A stretch of 64,000 nt of DNA from the NCBI GenBank assembly GCA_030704615.1, contig CM060732.1, positions 79,298,001 through 79,362,000 of the forward strand, read 5' to 3'. A program made the translations under genes and the position numbers. Below the pieces are notes generated by a model, which was not told the origin of the DNA, made no database searches, and worked only from the letters and a program-made list of their open reading frames with translations. The DNA is from Takakia lepidozioides (Eukaryota > Plantae > Bryophyta). This document shows positions 51,301 through 64,000 of the stretch, in pieces. The first letter of the stretch is position 1, and each line of letters starts with the position of its first letter.

Positions 51301-54300
51301 GATAAGTAAGTTTGCAGATAGTTGCTCTTTCCCCTTCGTAGACAGATTGTTACCAATTTCGTAATTGGTACAATCTGTATCTTCTATCGGGTTGGTTTTT
51401 GGTTCATGACACAACATTTTACTGTTAGAGGGTTGCTTCCTTCATCTATTATTCTTTATTGAATCAGTCATGGACTAACCCAGCTATTGTATACAGATGA
51501 ATCAATAGTAGCTGTAAATTAAACTACCTCCAATTTAAATGCAACAGCATGACCAAGGATGTTAAACTCGATTCTATGCAGGTCAGTTGTGTTTCGAAAT
51601 GTCGTAGTCACAGGTGCTGGATGCAAGAGCACACGCTACCATCAGGAGGTCATGCCACGTGGCACCATCTATGACATGGATACAGACCCTTCTGATAAGC
51701 TCGCCGTGACTGTTGGCCAGGTTTGCCTGTTCTTTATGCTCACATTGGTGTGTAAGGATGTGTCCAACTGTCAGCGTGTATATTCATATTTGTATATCTG
51801 TGATGTCTTACGAATGTTGGCTGCAAATCTGAGGGGTCCTTCTGAGTACAATAGATGTATCTGAAATTTCGTATATCAAGAGTCATGATGACTGTAACTG
51901 TCATTCAGGCCAACTTGCATATGTGTTTGATGGCTTATAGATAATCCACTTGACTTGGTTTGAAAGAGACTAAACTTCCCTTCTCCTGTCTTGCTTTCTA
52001 TAGGACCTGACAAGCTCTTCAACATTGTGGTGGAATGTGAATTCCAGGATAAAAGACTAAACATTCTGAGCTTAGCCAGTGGCAAGCCGCTGCGATGCTT
52101 CAAGCCTGAGGGTGACATTGGGGAGCCTATCAAGGTATGCGATAGATTCTTCAAGTGGAGTTTTGTGCGGGCATGGTGCTGCACAAGACCTACCCAATAG
52201 AAAATCTTCCCACTTGTTGGTTTCAAAGAGATGCAGTTTGTCTACAGAAGGAAAAGAAAAGAAAAGAAAAGAAATGGTAATTAATAGCATCCACAAGGGA
52301 CCACAATATATGCATCAGAAGAATACTTCCGGAACTACACATCAGGCGGACACAGAAACCAGCCACAAGAGACATTATCGGTTCTCTGTGATGATGGGAT
52401 CCCGCAGCCTAATATGCTGTCTGCAGCCCTATCTCCGTCTCTTCTAAGGGCATTGGGGAGGTTTGGGGTGGGCTCCCAGTGTGAGGATAGCTTGTACTCA
52501 TAAGACGTTGTTTGCCGTAGCCTTGTGGCCATTGACCCCGCGCCCAGTTTGAGCGGAACCCAGTTTGAGTGTGAGGATAGAGACTGGTAGGTGGGAAAAT
52601 CTGCAATGTGACGGTCGACTATGCCATGCCTGGGTTGGGAACTACAGGAAAATTGAGAGTGAAGAACTTTTCTTCTTCAATGCCCCTTACACTATGAGAT
52701 CCGTGAGATTTTCAACTGTCTATTCTGGGATGCCCAATCTCTTACAGAGGTCTTCCATTACAAGGATCAGAAATGCTTGGCAGCTTACCAGCATAAAGCA
52801 TCAATCCCTTGAGCTTAAGTTGCTTTTGGGCTGTTTGTGGCCCCTCTTCTTGTTTCTTCTCTCTCTTGTCCCATAAGCTCTTCGATTTTCCCGCGGACGT
52901 TATAAAGTACCATTTCATTTGTTGTACCCTGTCTGATCTGTTTGGACGCAATATATCCCTCTGTATTTTGTGGCAGTAAGGAAGCATGGAGAGTCCATTG
53001 CGCTTTAGGACCAGAACAGCAGCTATCTCCCAATTTCCCTATTCTCCTGAGACAGTTCTCCTGGTCACCAGGGATAACCAGATCATGATTCCTTCTGACC
53101 TCTCTGTGAAGTCCTCCGCATTCTTCACAAGGGCTTAGGGCACTTTCAAAATCAGCTTTTTCCACCTACGGATTGAAAGGGGTTCTTGGCTAGCATATCT
53201 GGTGAGGCTAGGATCGCCCAGTGTGTACCACCCAAGAAGTGCAGAGACAGGATCATGTCTTTTTCTCCTGCCGTGCATACTGATATCAGCCGATGTACGG
53301 TCTCTAACGATTCCCTGCTCTCGGGCTGCGCCTTCAGGTCTGAGGACCAGAAGTGCTTGGCAGCTTACCTGCATAAGGCATTTGTCTCTGACTGATGTTT
53401 GGGGTCTTTTGATGTTTCTTTTTGGTATTCTCTTGTAGTTTGACTTTTCCATGGGCCTCTGGATCTGACCTGCTATGAACCTAAGAAGTGATTTTGTTCT
53501 TTGCATCCAAACAGGACCGCAATAGATACATAGAAGTTATGAAACTTCACGTCAGGTGGACATGGAAACCAGCCAACCTTACGCAAAACTGCAGTTCTAT
53601 CGGGAGACATTCTAGGTCCTCCGTGAAGATAGTATCTTGCAGCCTGATTACCTGTCTGCAGCTCTATCTCCCACTCTTCTAAGGGCATGGAGGAGGTTCA
53701 GGGGGCTCCAACAGTCTGAGGATAGAGACCGGTATGTAGGACAACCTGCAGCATGAGGACCGCCTATTCTCGGCTTCTGCTGGGAACAACAGAGAAATTG
53801 ACAGTGAGAAAGATGTCTTCTTTCCCGGCCCTTTCTACTATGAGATCCGTGGGAGATTCAATTGTTTACTCCAATCTCTCACATAGGCCTTCCATTCCGA
53901 GGATCCAAAATGCTTGGCAGCTTACCTGCATGAGGTGTTGACTCTTAGAAAATGCCCTGAACATTTGGGCTGTTTGTGGAGGACCCCCTGGAAGCTTGAC
54001 AACAATTGGCTGAGCTTCCCGTGGACATTTTAAAGTACCATTTCATTTCATTTCTTGTTTCTTTCTTTCTTGTCCCATAAGCTCTTTGAGCTTTCTGCGG
54101 ATGTTGTAGAGTACTATTTCAATTCTTTTTGACTTTGCCCCATACGTTATAAAGTATCATTTCACTTCATTTCTCTTTTGAACTCTTTCAGTGTATGGAC
54201 GCTACTTTCTTGGCTTGTCTACCGACAGATGCTGCTTCATTTAGAATGACAGAAAGAAACAAGGATTGAAAGACCAGAGTAGATGCAGAGATTGAAGACA

Positions 54301-57300
54301 AAATACTGGTCTGGACTGGCAGGTGCGCATGGATCCAAGTGGCATGTACATCGTATGTTCGCACTCAGACAAATACATGAGAGTATATGACTTTGCAAGC
54401 GGGGATCTCTTGGCTCAGGCATCAGGGCATGCTGAAGTCATAACAGGAGTGACTTTTCTGCCTGATTGCAGGCGCCTTATCTCGGTGAGTCACCTAGACT
54501 AGAGCAGAATCTTACATAATCTTGTCAAGCCAAAGTTGCCAGCAGGGCGCCAATGGAGCTGGAATTAACACAAGTAACCTTGTGGCCAGTACGACCTAAT
54601 CTTCACATTAAGAGGGCTAATGTAGACTATATCCTAGAATGCCACTTCCCCAAGATGCAATTAACTTCGTTGCACAGCTCTTTCACATACTGTCGTTTCT
54701 TACCTGAAGCTCTTTGTTTGTATCTACTAATGATCTTGTGTGGGCATGTGAGACTGGGAATAGGTGAGTGGGGATAGCTGCATCTTTGTGTGGCGACTTC
54801 CCGTCAGCCTGTCGCGTGCCATGCGAAAACGGTGTATTGCACAAGCGGAATCCCGACCCCCTCCTAAATGCTTGAAGTCTGTAGTCCCACGGTCACATGC
54901 AAAAGATCCAATCAGAGCTGCCAAGATCCCCAAATGTGTGAAACACATGACCACACCTAGGACCCCTGAAGGGGTTGGCAAGGATGCACCCTCAGTCGAT
55001 GAACATGCTTGCCTACAAAACCAAGAGGGAGCAAAAGATCCAATTGCCCCACCAGAGATACATGGAAAGGAAGCTGAGGTGCCTCTGGTGGAGCCAAATG
55101 GTGTTGTCAAGGTACTTTTATGTTCACCATTTTCGTTCACCATCTTCTTGGACTATATTCCTGTCAAGAAAAAGCTGAAAGCTTTGTCGTTTGTCGTACC
55201 ATGGCTTGGACAGATTAGTGACACTGGATGAACTTGGTGCATGTGCAAGAAATCCAAAAACTCCTCAACAGTATAATCCAATGAGTAAGAACTTGCTTCC
55301 AGCATTTGCTGGAAACTCTTTCAAAACATGACCTGTAAACTGAATGTTGTAAAATTTTGGTTTAGGTGGACGAACCAACACCCGCAGGCTTCAAATTCAG
55401 TGTATCGAGGCTGCCCCCATGGGCCCAGGCCAAAGTTGCACTTGAGGAGCCCACCAGTTCTGATGGGAAATCTGACTCTACTGCAGAGGGCAACCCCTTG
55501 CAGTCATTTGAGTCACGTTGGGCAGAGGTATAGTAGATTCAACTGTGTGAGTATTTTGTATGCTTCCATGTTCTTGGATCAGTATTATATGGCTGAGGGA
55601 AGTTCTTAGTGCTATCTCGTTTGAGTGGCCAGTCCAAATTGCAAAAAACTGTAGTGTTGTTTTGTAGGTCAAGTACTTGCCTCTCAAGTTTCCAGTCTCT
55701 AACATTTATGGTCTACTTGGCAGCGCCTTGGATGTGATGGGTACAAGCTTTTCTCAGAATTCAAGGGAGAGATCACACCACCAGCTACTATACGTGCAAG
55801 TGGGTTTGGTGCCCGCAGACGCTTCTCAGTGGAGGGGGCTGTTCCAGCCATTGTGGACAGTACCCCTGAAAGCATATCATCACAGCCAGAGGGTAGCCCC
55901 TTGTCAAGTCCAAGAGGCCCTGTCAGGTGCGACCTCCTTAGCAGTAGTGTTTGTGGTTAAATTATAGTACGTCCCAACTGCAACAGGGATGTGGGGATAA
56001 ATAGTGAGGACTGAATCAGGGGGTTCAGCATGATACCAGATGTTACACTACTTTCCTTGTCGCAGTCCATTTTCTCTCTTTCCGTCCAGATGACTCAAAT
56101 ATCTGCTACTTAGAGCATTCAGGAAATCACAGATCGATTTGTTTTCTTCTTTCTGTCACGTTTCCCTTCACTGAGCTATGACCCCAGTTATAATCTCAGT
56201 TTTCCTGTTGACGCTCCAGCCTTAACCAAATCGAACCCGTGTTGCTGTGTAAGTCACTTTCTATTGGACATGCATGAACGTTTCCCTGGGAAGGTGTTGT
56301 GAGAGGAATCCTGATGCTTGTCCAAATACTGTCAATTCCTTCGAAGGTGGACCAAGCATCAATCTGCAGGCTTAGTGATGTGCCTGAAAAGGGGTGTGCA
56401 ACTGGAACTGATTTCCATTTGTCTCTTGTGCAGGAAGGAGACACACTGGAAAACAGTTCACACTGTGTTCTTTGACGAACTTGATTACATCCAAGATGAG
56501 TCTCCACCCCAGAATGGCCTCCTAAACAATACTGTGAGAAAAGGTGAAGGTAAAGAGTCTAAATTAGGCAGCTCTGGGACTTGCAACTATGGCCATATCT
56601 GGTCTTCACCAGGTGAGAAAATACGAGCAAAATCCCTGCTCAGCGGTGAGAAACAAGACCCAACAAGCATTGAACATGAGGATGAGGATGGGGTGGTAGT
56701 TGATCTCTCAGATGATGACCAAGATATCAGTGGTCACAAGGGTGAAGGCCTCCATGAAAAGTACAGGGCTGCTGAAGATAAGGAAGAGGATGCTATTGTG
56801 TACTATGAGACACCTGGGGTGGCCATAACCTGCATGCCAATCAAGGATGGTGAAGACGAGATGTTTGCCGTTTCCTCAAAGCGCAGGCAGTCTTCAGGCA
56901 CCGTTGATAGCTTCAAGCTCGAGATTATGGATGACCCACAAACTGCACCATGCAGTCCGCTAGATACCGTGAAGCAACCTCTGGACATCGATGCTGATTC
57001 TAAGCGGCTATCACCATTAGATAATGTTAAGGTTTCTGGGGATAGTGAGTCAGCAGGTGAAGATGAAGAAGGGGTTGAGGATGATGACTTCAGTCCTCAG
57101 AGGGACCTATTCAGCGCCCACTTCGACAAACTGGCATCTGACTTGAAGGTGAGATATTTTCAGAGTATTAGCATAGTGGTCACATGCATTCTTGTACTCC
57201 GTGGTAACAACTACTGGTATGGGAACAATTGCAAGTGCTCAAAGGTGGGCAGTACGCTTGCTTTTGTGTCTTCTATTCCCTTTCCACAAGAAAAGCTTGA

Positions 57301-60300
57301 AACACTAATGTGCCATAATCTCCAGGGACAGTCAGGGGACAAACTTGCAAAGGTCATTATTAAACTACCAACCATAGCCTTCAGCCTTACTACCTCTCCA
57401 ACTCAACGATGTTTGTCCAAAGTCTTTTAGCAGAGGGGATTTCACTCCTACATATGAAGGCATGTTCACATGTATCTTGTGTCAGAGGAAGATATCGTTT
57501 GCAATGCTCCATTGCTCAAGAGACTGTTGCTTATCCTTGTCACATGTATGAACATCTGTTGGCAGGTGGAAGGTTCTGCCAGAAGTAGCTTTTCGGCTCG
57601 TTTTTTTGCAAGGTTGAATCCAGCGTTAGCACGTGTGCCATTATTTCAAACTGCACCATCTCCTGTTGGGGACAAAATGAGTATGAGCGATACCCAGGCA
57701 TTATTACAGGATGATGACCTTGACAACAACCCAGGCCGCTTGCTAGCTGCTGAGAGGGAGCGTCTGAAGCTGCGGGAGCGACAGGTATGGGTTTATATAA
57801 AGCAATGCTGAAACATAATGAAAGGACAATTGTCTTTCTCGCATAGATGCTCTTATACTGGAGCTAATCTATCGAGGATAAATAGATCTATGCAGAATCA
57901 TCATTTATATGCAAGGCGATGTGACTATTCCTTTCTTTCTGGGTGTGCCACCTATAGCCTGTTCCTACCACAGCTTGGCATCGAATCAAATGAAGCTTCG
58001 AATTTGTTTTCAGTTAGGGTCAGGTTGGATAGTGTTTTTTTTTTTCATATGCACCTCACAGGGATTGGTAAATATCACCTATCCAGACATCCCCTAGTCT
58101 GGAAAGAGGTTCTTGAAAGCTACCTGCAAAGTTTTTGCTTTTTCCCCTCTTTTCCTCGCTTATGTGAGTGAAATCCTTGTCATAGCAGGACAAAATGGCA
58201 GTCGAAGTTCAAAGAATGAGGCAGCGGCTTGTCAACCTGGGCATTGCAGTGGCAGAGATTTCACACGATGTTGACAACACAGAGAGCCGCAAGGTTGGAG
58301 ATGGAGATGAAAGGGTTTCTGCTCAATGCCCACCCTGTCCCAAAACCATGGATGTTCTATCCCTGATTAGTCCCCCCCTTACTCAAGAAGGAGCAGAGGA
58401 AGGCCTTTCCATCCCAACTTTCCTCCCTATGCCATCATTGTCTTTCTCTGCCAAAGTGCCTGGAAATTCTCCCCTTTCTCCTAGACTTGGGGATCCTGCA
58501 GCAGAGAGCTGTCGGTGTGAGAAGGCAAGCATGGGATCCTTTATTAGAGCAAGTAGCAATGGACTGGAGGGACTGGGCCTCCATAGCTCAGAAGCCGGTG
58601 GCAGTCGTACGCTGTTAGGAGCTCATAGAACGGCCTCAGAAACTGTTCCATCAAAAGATTCAAATGGTTGTAGGGTGGATTCTGGGCAGTCAGCTGACAT
58701 GGAAGGCTCAGACACGGAAAAGGTACTTGTGCTTCAAGTCCCATCCGACCCACATGCTCCGTCAGAGCAGCTGGGCTTGCAAGTTGTGGGAAGGCCCCCA
58801 GAGAGAGGAGACAAGTGTGTGGAGGACCAAGGGGTGGGTTATCAGATGGAGTGTCTGGATGCAAGACCTGCAGTATCTCCAGTGAAGCCTGCTGAAAGAA
58901 GCAAAGTTGTTGGGATGAACCGGATCTTGGGTATGCTTACAGAACTGAGTTCCTCTTTTGAGCATGTAGTTCAAACATTTCAGGGCGCTCTTGGAGTTTT
59001 TGGTCCTCTTTTCTATGTGTAGAGCCTATGTATCCGTGAATTTGTGTTCTGATAATCAGCGCTCTTTGAGATGAGACCAAAACAATCTTGTTCAGCATAG
59101 AATTGGCCAATACAACAATTGGAAATACCTGCTGTTTCTCCATACATGACTCTTTCTGCGTGTTCTGCATCATTCAGGGCTCTCTGAGCAAGGTGATGCA
59201 CAGGACAGACTTCTCCACAGTTCCTTGGAACCCGTAGTTGGAGAGACCTTCAGATTTTCACAGCCATTGCCCCGCCCTCTTGAAGACTACCGAAAGGCGT
59301 TGAAGGATTTGATGGAAACAGCAGAGAGAGCATCCTTGCTATTTGGTGAGGTGCGATCCTTCTACCTAAGGGCCGGTGCTGCAGAGGATCATGTGACTCC
59401 CAGTGGCCCCCCTTCTTCAAGTCTGCCAGCAGATGTGTTGCTTTTGGCTCAAGCATACCAGAGGCTGCTACCTGGTACGCTGCAACTGGTGCAGACTCTC
59501 ACTGACGAGGCTGCAGCCTGTGTAGTACCGTGGGATGGTACCAAAGATGAGAAGTCGGCAGGTGAATTCACATTGGACAACTTCAGCTGTGGAAAGAGCA
59601 ATGACTACGGTAGGTGCCCAGGCTTCTTCCTCCCAATCGAGCTAGGATAATATGTGGATTACTATTATACGCAGAGATGGCTAACCGATTATGGGGATCC
59701 AAATTCAAGTGCTTTGGGCACTAACAACTGTCGGATTCTGGAGTTATGTTCTTGGCTCATTTTTTCCAATTACACAAGCTTGAAAACATGGAGCAGCTGT
59801 GTAATATATCGCCATGTGACCATTCATGGCCTCGGGACTTAACATTTGAGTGGCCAGGTGCCGTCCCTCTGAAACCAAGCAAACTTTCCTAACACTTCTT
59901 TCAGAGGAGATGAGGGCTGTCAGGAGCGAAGTCAGAAATTTGGCCACTCTCTGGCTAAGGTGGTAATTGGTGGGGAGAAGTTGCAGCAAGGGTTCTCCAT
60001 ACATTTTGTTTTGGGAGTAGATCAGGAAGCACTGATAAGGGTGAGCATAGGTGGTAGAAGTTTCCTCCGAGTGAACAGTGTATGTGTACTTGATTACCCA
60101 GCTGCATTTGTACTTCGTTGACGATGGCTTTGTTGTTGGCAAAGTGTTTTGCAGGCCTGTATTGCCTAACTCTAACCCCACTTTTTTGGCAGGGATGCCC
60201 AACATCCACTCAAGGCCATGGACAGGCACTTCATCCACAGACTCACTATTGGCCTCTCTTGACATTGAGAGTTTTATTTCTCGCTATTCAGAGACACTTG

Positions 60301-60344
60301 CAAGCCAGGTCCTTGCGCTCGTGCAGAAATCTTTGCCTTCCTGA
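45374..60344 (+). CDS. MAPKBP1: WD40-repeat protein, MAPKBP1/WDR62 homolog (~22 exons)
   Basis: MRLLRRKTKK..|[113 protein letters not shown]; C-terminal FISRYSETL; canonical GT-AG junctions. Confidence 0.9.
52330..54150. repeat. Diverged direct duplication within a WD40-gene intron (~52330-52930 vs ~53540-54150; third partial copy at ~53340)
   Basis: Shared CTGTCTGCAGC.CTATCTCC..CTCTTCTAAGGGCAT, GAGGATAGAGAC.GGTA, TGCTTGGCAGCTTACC. Confidence 0.8.
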
Positions 60345-62194
60345 CAGTGCTGAACCTGAATTCATGGGCATGATCGAACAATATTTCTCTTTGTTTTGAA
60401 GTGCAGGAGAAAAACCACAGTTGGGAGATGAGTGTTCTCTTCTCTCAAGTTTTCTGTGCAAAAATGACCCTTAGTTATCAACAGAAATTGCCATGTAACA
60501 TCAGGGGCCTAAATGTCATTCCCCTATAATAATTTTTACACCTCAGTGGAAAAGGAAATTATCACAGACATTGGATGTGCCCATGTAATCCAAAGATAGG
60601 AACTAGCCTTGGATCTTTAACTATAGGAAGTGCTTTGAGGTGAGATGGCTTTGAACTTTTTCCATTGAGAATGTAGTCGAAGTTAAGGTCTGAAGAGATG
60701 GAGACAGTGAAGGTGGTGTTTTGTGTTGCTCTAGTGATTAGACACTAGGTTCTAATGCACCTGTGATCTGCATTGTCTATCTACCCATGTATGTTGATCT
60801 TGCGTTCCTACAGGGGATATGTGCTGGTGCAGCCGGTAGGCATTGTAAGAATGGGTGGAACTACTTTTTGTGGTGCTGGCCTTAGTCTTTTTTGGGAGGG
60901 TTTAGGTGGTTTACAACACCCCTTTTTCTAGCAAAGCAATTACTACCCTGTCATGATAGTTTCTATTGATATTTTTATGTATCATGCAATCCTGCTGTGA
61001 ACTCCTCCCAGGGTCACTGGTGAAGATCTATTGAAGATCTATTCAATACACAAGGCACTCGCTGGCATTTGGCACTGTCACCACTGTAATTCTGCTCTTC
61101 GGCTACTGCTTTATTAGCTTGTTTCTTGATGGCAATATGCCTCTCTTGATGGGAAGATTGCTTTACAATGTCTTTGCTGCTTACATGGGAATAGCTTAGA
61201 CCTGCAGATTCGGCCGGCTTGTGGGTTCACTGATGGTCCTGGACTCGATGGTCTTGTAGCTCCCAGGCCACTAGCTCCATCTAGGACTTGGACAACAGAA
61301 GCATAGCTGCAGCCAGAAGGTGTGGTAGCTTCATGTACATTGTATATGTTTGGTCAGTGTGGTGTATCGTGATTGTATGGTCTCCGCTACTAATTCCCCA
61401 TCTTCTTCACTTGTGTAGCCAAGTTGCCTACCAGCTGTTTCAATGTGTCCATGATCTAGTTGCTTCCATAACAAATGAAGCTCTGAACTAACCCTCCTAA
61501 TTCTCCATGATAGTGCCGACGCCCTTAAGTGGCAGAGAGATTTGACATCTTGTGGCCAAATTAAAGCTTAGGCAACTACCAAAATCAGGATGATCAGTAT
61601 ATTAGTAGCCCACCATACATACCCTGGTCTTGTTGCTGGTTAATTGATTGAGCACTACCATCAGTCCTCACAGTAGGGGTTGTTAGCTTGTTATGGCTAG
61701 CTTCAACATTTGACAAGGAGAGATTGGATGAATAGAGAACCATTGCCTCTCTTGGGTTATTAGCTTTGAACACGAGCACGAATAGCTTGTGGTATGGAAA
61801 CCTCTGTGTCATTGTTCATCAGACGGTGCAGTCAATGCAAAAGGAAGCAAGATTATGAAGAACTTTGTACTGTAAGCGGTATGGTGTTTCCATTGCTATG
61901 AGAAGTGACACAAAAGGATATGTGTAAGAAAAAGAATCAGCTCAATTTGAGCTTTGAATTTAGCGTTTTCCAATAACTGGTGAGCTCTGGGCTACTCCTA
62001 ATTAAGCAGCTTCCACTTTCTGCGATTTCTGCACTAGTTCTCTAGATCAGTCTTGGTTAGTCCCCGAAGAAGCTCCATGGATCATCACTGGTGCTTGCAA
62101 AGTCTTCGAGAATCTATAGATATCTTGTTAGAACTTCTAAACCCTGGGGTGAAGAGAGAAATCCTAGTATATGGCGGCGATTGTCTTGGAATTT

Positions 62195-63394
62195 TTACAT
62201 TGACGGCATGCTGCGGAGCACCAATCCTTCCATTGTCAGCCCTGGGCCAATGCCGATCAGCAATCCCCACTCCTTGCCCTCTCCTGTTGTTGATGCACCT
62301 GCCTTCAGTGACCGAGTGCGAATATTATCGAGCACAAACAACACACATGCGCTGCCCATGTTGCCGTAGTTTGCAAGAGTGTCTCGGCTCGCCCCTAACT
62401 TCTCTGGCGACAAACCCAATTGGTTCTCTATTTGGTTGAGGATCGCAACACCTCCCGGGTGTACCGCCCAGAACATGTCATTACACTCTGTGGAATCTGC
62501 CCATGCTCTTGCTTCGGTCACAAACTCGTCGATGCTCGTTGACACCAGCTTGGGGATATCTGGCGTCAGGTGGTAGTACATGCCAGCCTCCATAAAGTGT
62601 CCGTCAATCGCTCCTTCACTGTTTGGCACATTCATCTCACCGGCCCATTGGATTTCAAACAACGGTCGCTCCACTTCGGGGATTAGATCACATCCCACGA
62701 TCACTGCTCCTGCACCGTCTCCAAACAATCCTTGTCCTACTAATCCGTCTAGATATTCCTCGCTGGGTGCTCGGAAGAAGCTAGCGGTCACTTCGCTGCT
62801 GATTACCAGCACGCGGGCACCCTTGTTGTTCTCGGCAAGGTCCTTGGCAACTCTCAGTGCAGCAGCCCCTCCCCAGCAACCTGTCTGGTACATCATCACC
62901 CGTCTCACCTTTGGGGAAAGTCCCAAGGATTTTGCGACAATGAGATCAACCCCGGGCATATTCACCACACTAGTGGTAGTCACGACGATATGGGTAATCT
63001 CTGACTTGGAGCGGCCCCACTCTTTGATCACCTTCTCGGCTGCCTCCTTGGCCAGCTTTGGCACCCACTCAATCAGTATGTTGTGACGCACATTGAGGGA
63101 GTCATCGAGGTAGGTGCCCAAAACGGGGTACTCTTCGATCAATTCCTTTGTCATAACCATGTGACGTTTGTTGATTTGCATCTTATCACAGATGCGCTTG
63201 AACTTGGCTTTGAGGGCGGTCTTGTGATTGCAGTTGGTGGCATCGAAGTAGTAGTCAGCGTAGGTGCTCTGCTCATGCACTGTCGGAGGATTCGCTGTTC
63301 CGATGGCCATCACCGTAGCAGGCCCCTCCGCTCGTGGCTGCGCTCTAGTGCGGCCGTAACTCTGCCCTCCATGGACTTGCCCATTTGACGCCAT
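62195..63394 (-). CDS. CHS: Chalcone synthase-like type III polyketide synthase, intronless CDS
   Basis: Intact 399-aa ORF; Cys-His-Asn triad (YQTGC, VHPGG, YGNM); GIGPG variant of the GFGPG signature; moss-type wording. Confidence 0.93.
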   Translation of the reverse strand: MASNGQVHGGQSYGRTRAQPRAEGPATVMAIGTANPPTVHEQSTYADYYFDATNCNHKTALKAKFKRICDKMQINKRHMVMTKELIEEYPVLGTYLDDSLNVRHNILIEWVPKLAKEAAEKVIKEWGRSKSEITHIVVTTTSVVNMPGVDLIVAKSLGLSPKVRRVMMYQTGCWGGAAALRVAKDLAENNKGARVLVISSEVTASFFRAPSEEYLDGLVGQGLFGDGAGAVIVGCDLIPEVERPLFEIQWAGEMNVPNSEGAIDGHFMEAGMYYHLTPDIPKLVSTSIDEFVTEARAWADSTECNDMFWAVHPGGVAILNQIENQLGLSPEKLGASRDTLANYGNMGSACVLFVLDNIRTRSLKAGASTTGEGKEWGLLIGIGPGLTMEGLVLRSMPSM

Positions 63395-64000
63395 TGCACC
63401 TGCGGTGTCTTCTGGACCTGATTATAGATTGAGCTCTGCCTTGACTGGGCTAATAAGCAGATGGGTAATATCACCAGCTAAGAAATTTACACCTCCAAGG
63501 TATGTCAAAGATTATCCCGTTCAGCTCCGGCTTCTTAAAGCTTACAATGACGAAGATGGAGATAATTGTGTACAGCGATGGATGAGTATCACCAGCTAGA
63601 TGTGGGAGCTCCAAGGCATATAGTTCGAATATGAGATCTCAGGCTGTCCAGAATTTAGAGAGCTTGTGTATTGCCAACTCGAGTCTAAAGCTCTGAGACT
63701 CCCTGAAGAAGATGGATGGAGTAGAAACCCGGCAGGACAACTATATATAAGTGTGCGTGTATGCACATGGGTGCGTGTGAGTGCGCGTGTAGACCCCAGG
63801 GATTGTGGGTCTGCGCTGCGCGTGCTGATTTGACCGATTACTGTTGGGCGACTTACTGGGCAGGCCACTCAAATTTGACTGTGCCTTACTGTTGGCCTCT
63901 GATCAATTTGCAGGCAGTGCAAAGTTCGCTCGGACCGCCAACCTTTCGGATATCGAGGAGCCCAGGGACCCAGGGCTCCCCGGGATCCAGGACCCTCATC

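Noticed and set aside
62195-63394. Intronless CHS as evidence of horizontal transfer or contamination
   Set aside because: Sequence is plant-type and intronless CHS paralogs are known in mosses

Overview
Eukaryotic, intron-rich plant DNA. The chalcone synthase is moss-like, so a bryophyte origin is likely (inference). Host genes: a GNAT acetyltransferase (2.9-3.5 kb); a minus-strand multi-exon gene joining an i-type-lysozyme-like domain to IQ motifs and probably a kinesin-7/NACK C-terminal-like domain (~16-24 kb); a WD40 MAPKBP1/WDR62-like gene (45.4-60.3 kb); and an intronless CHS-like type III PKS (62.2-63.4 kb). Between them are two decayed Ty1/copia elements, a mosaic of intronless host-gene fragments and a COMT-like remnant. 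The main find is a ~10.2-kb Mutator-like DNA transposon (27837-38054) flanked by an 8-bp direct repeat. It carries a transposase and, divergently, an intron-containing gene fusing a ParB/Srx-like domain to a bacterial-type beta-class (N4C/N6A) DNA methyltransferase-like domain. It also contains a repeated 24-bp palindrome and is interrupted by a truncated Ty3/gypsy element whose integrase ends in a PHD finger. A second, more divergent MTase-like gene linked to FCP1-like phosphatase domains may lie at ~7-12 kb. All family calls come from motif recognition by eye, not database searches, and exon boundaries are approximate.
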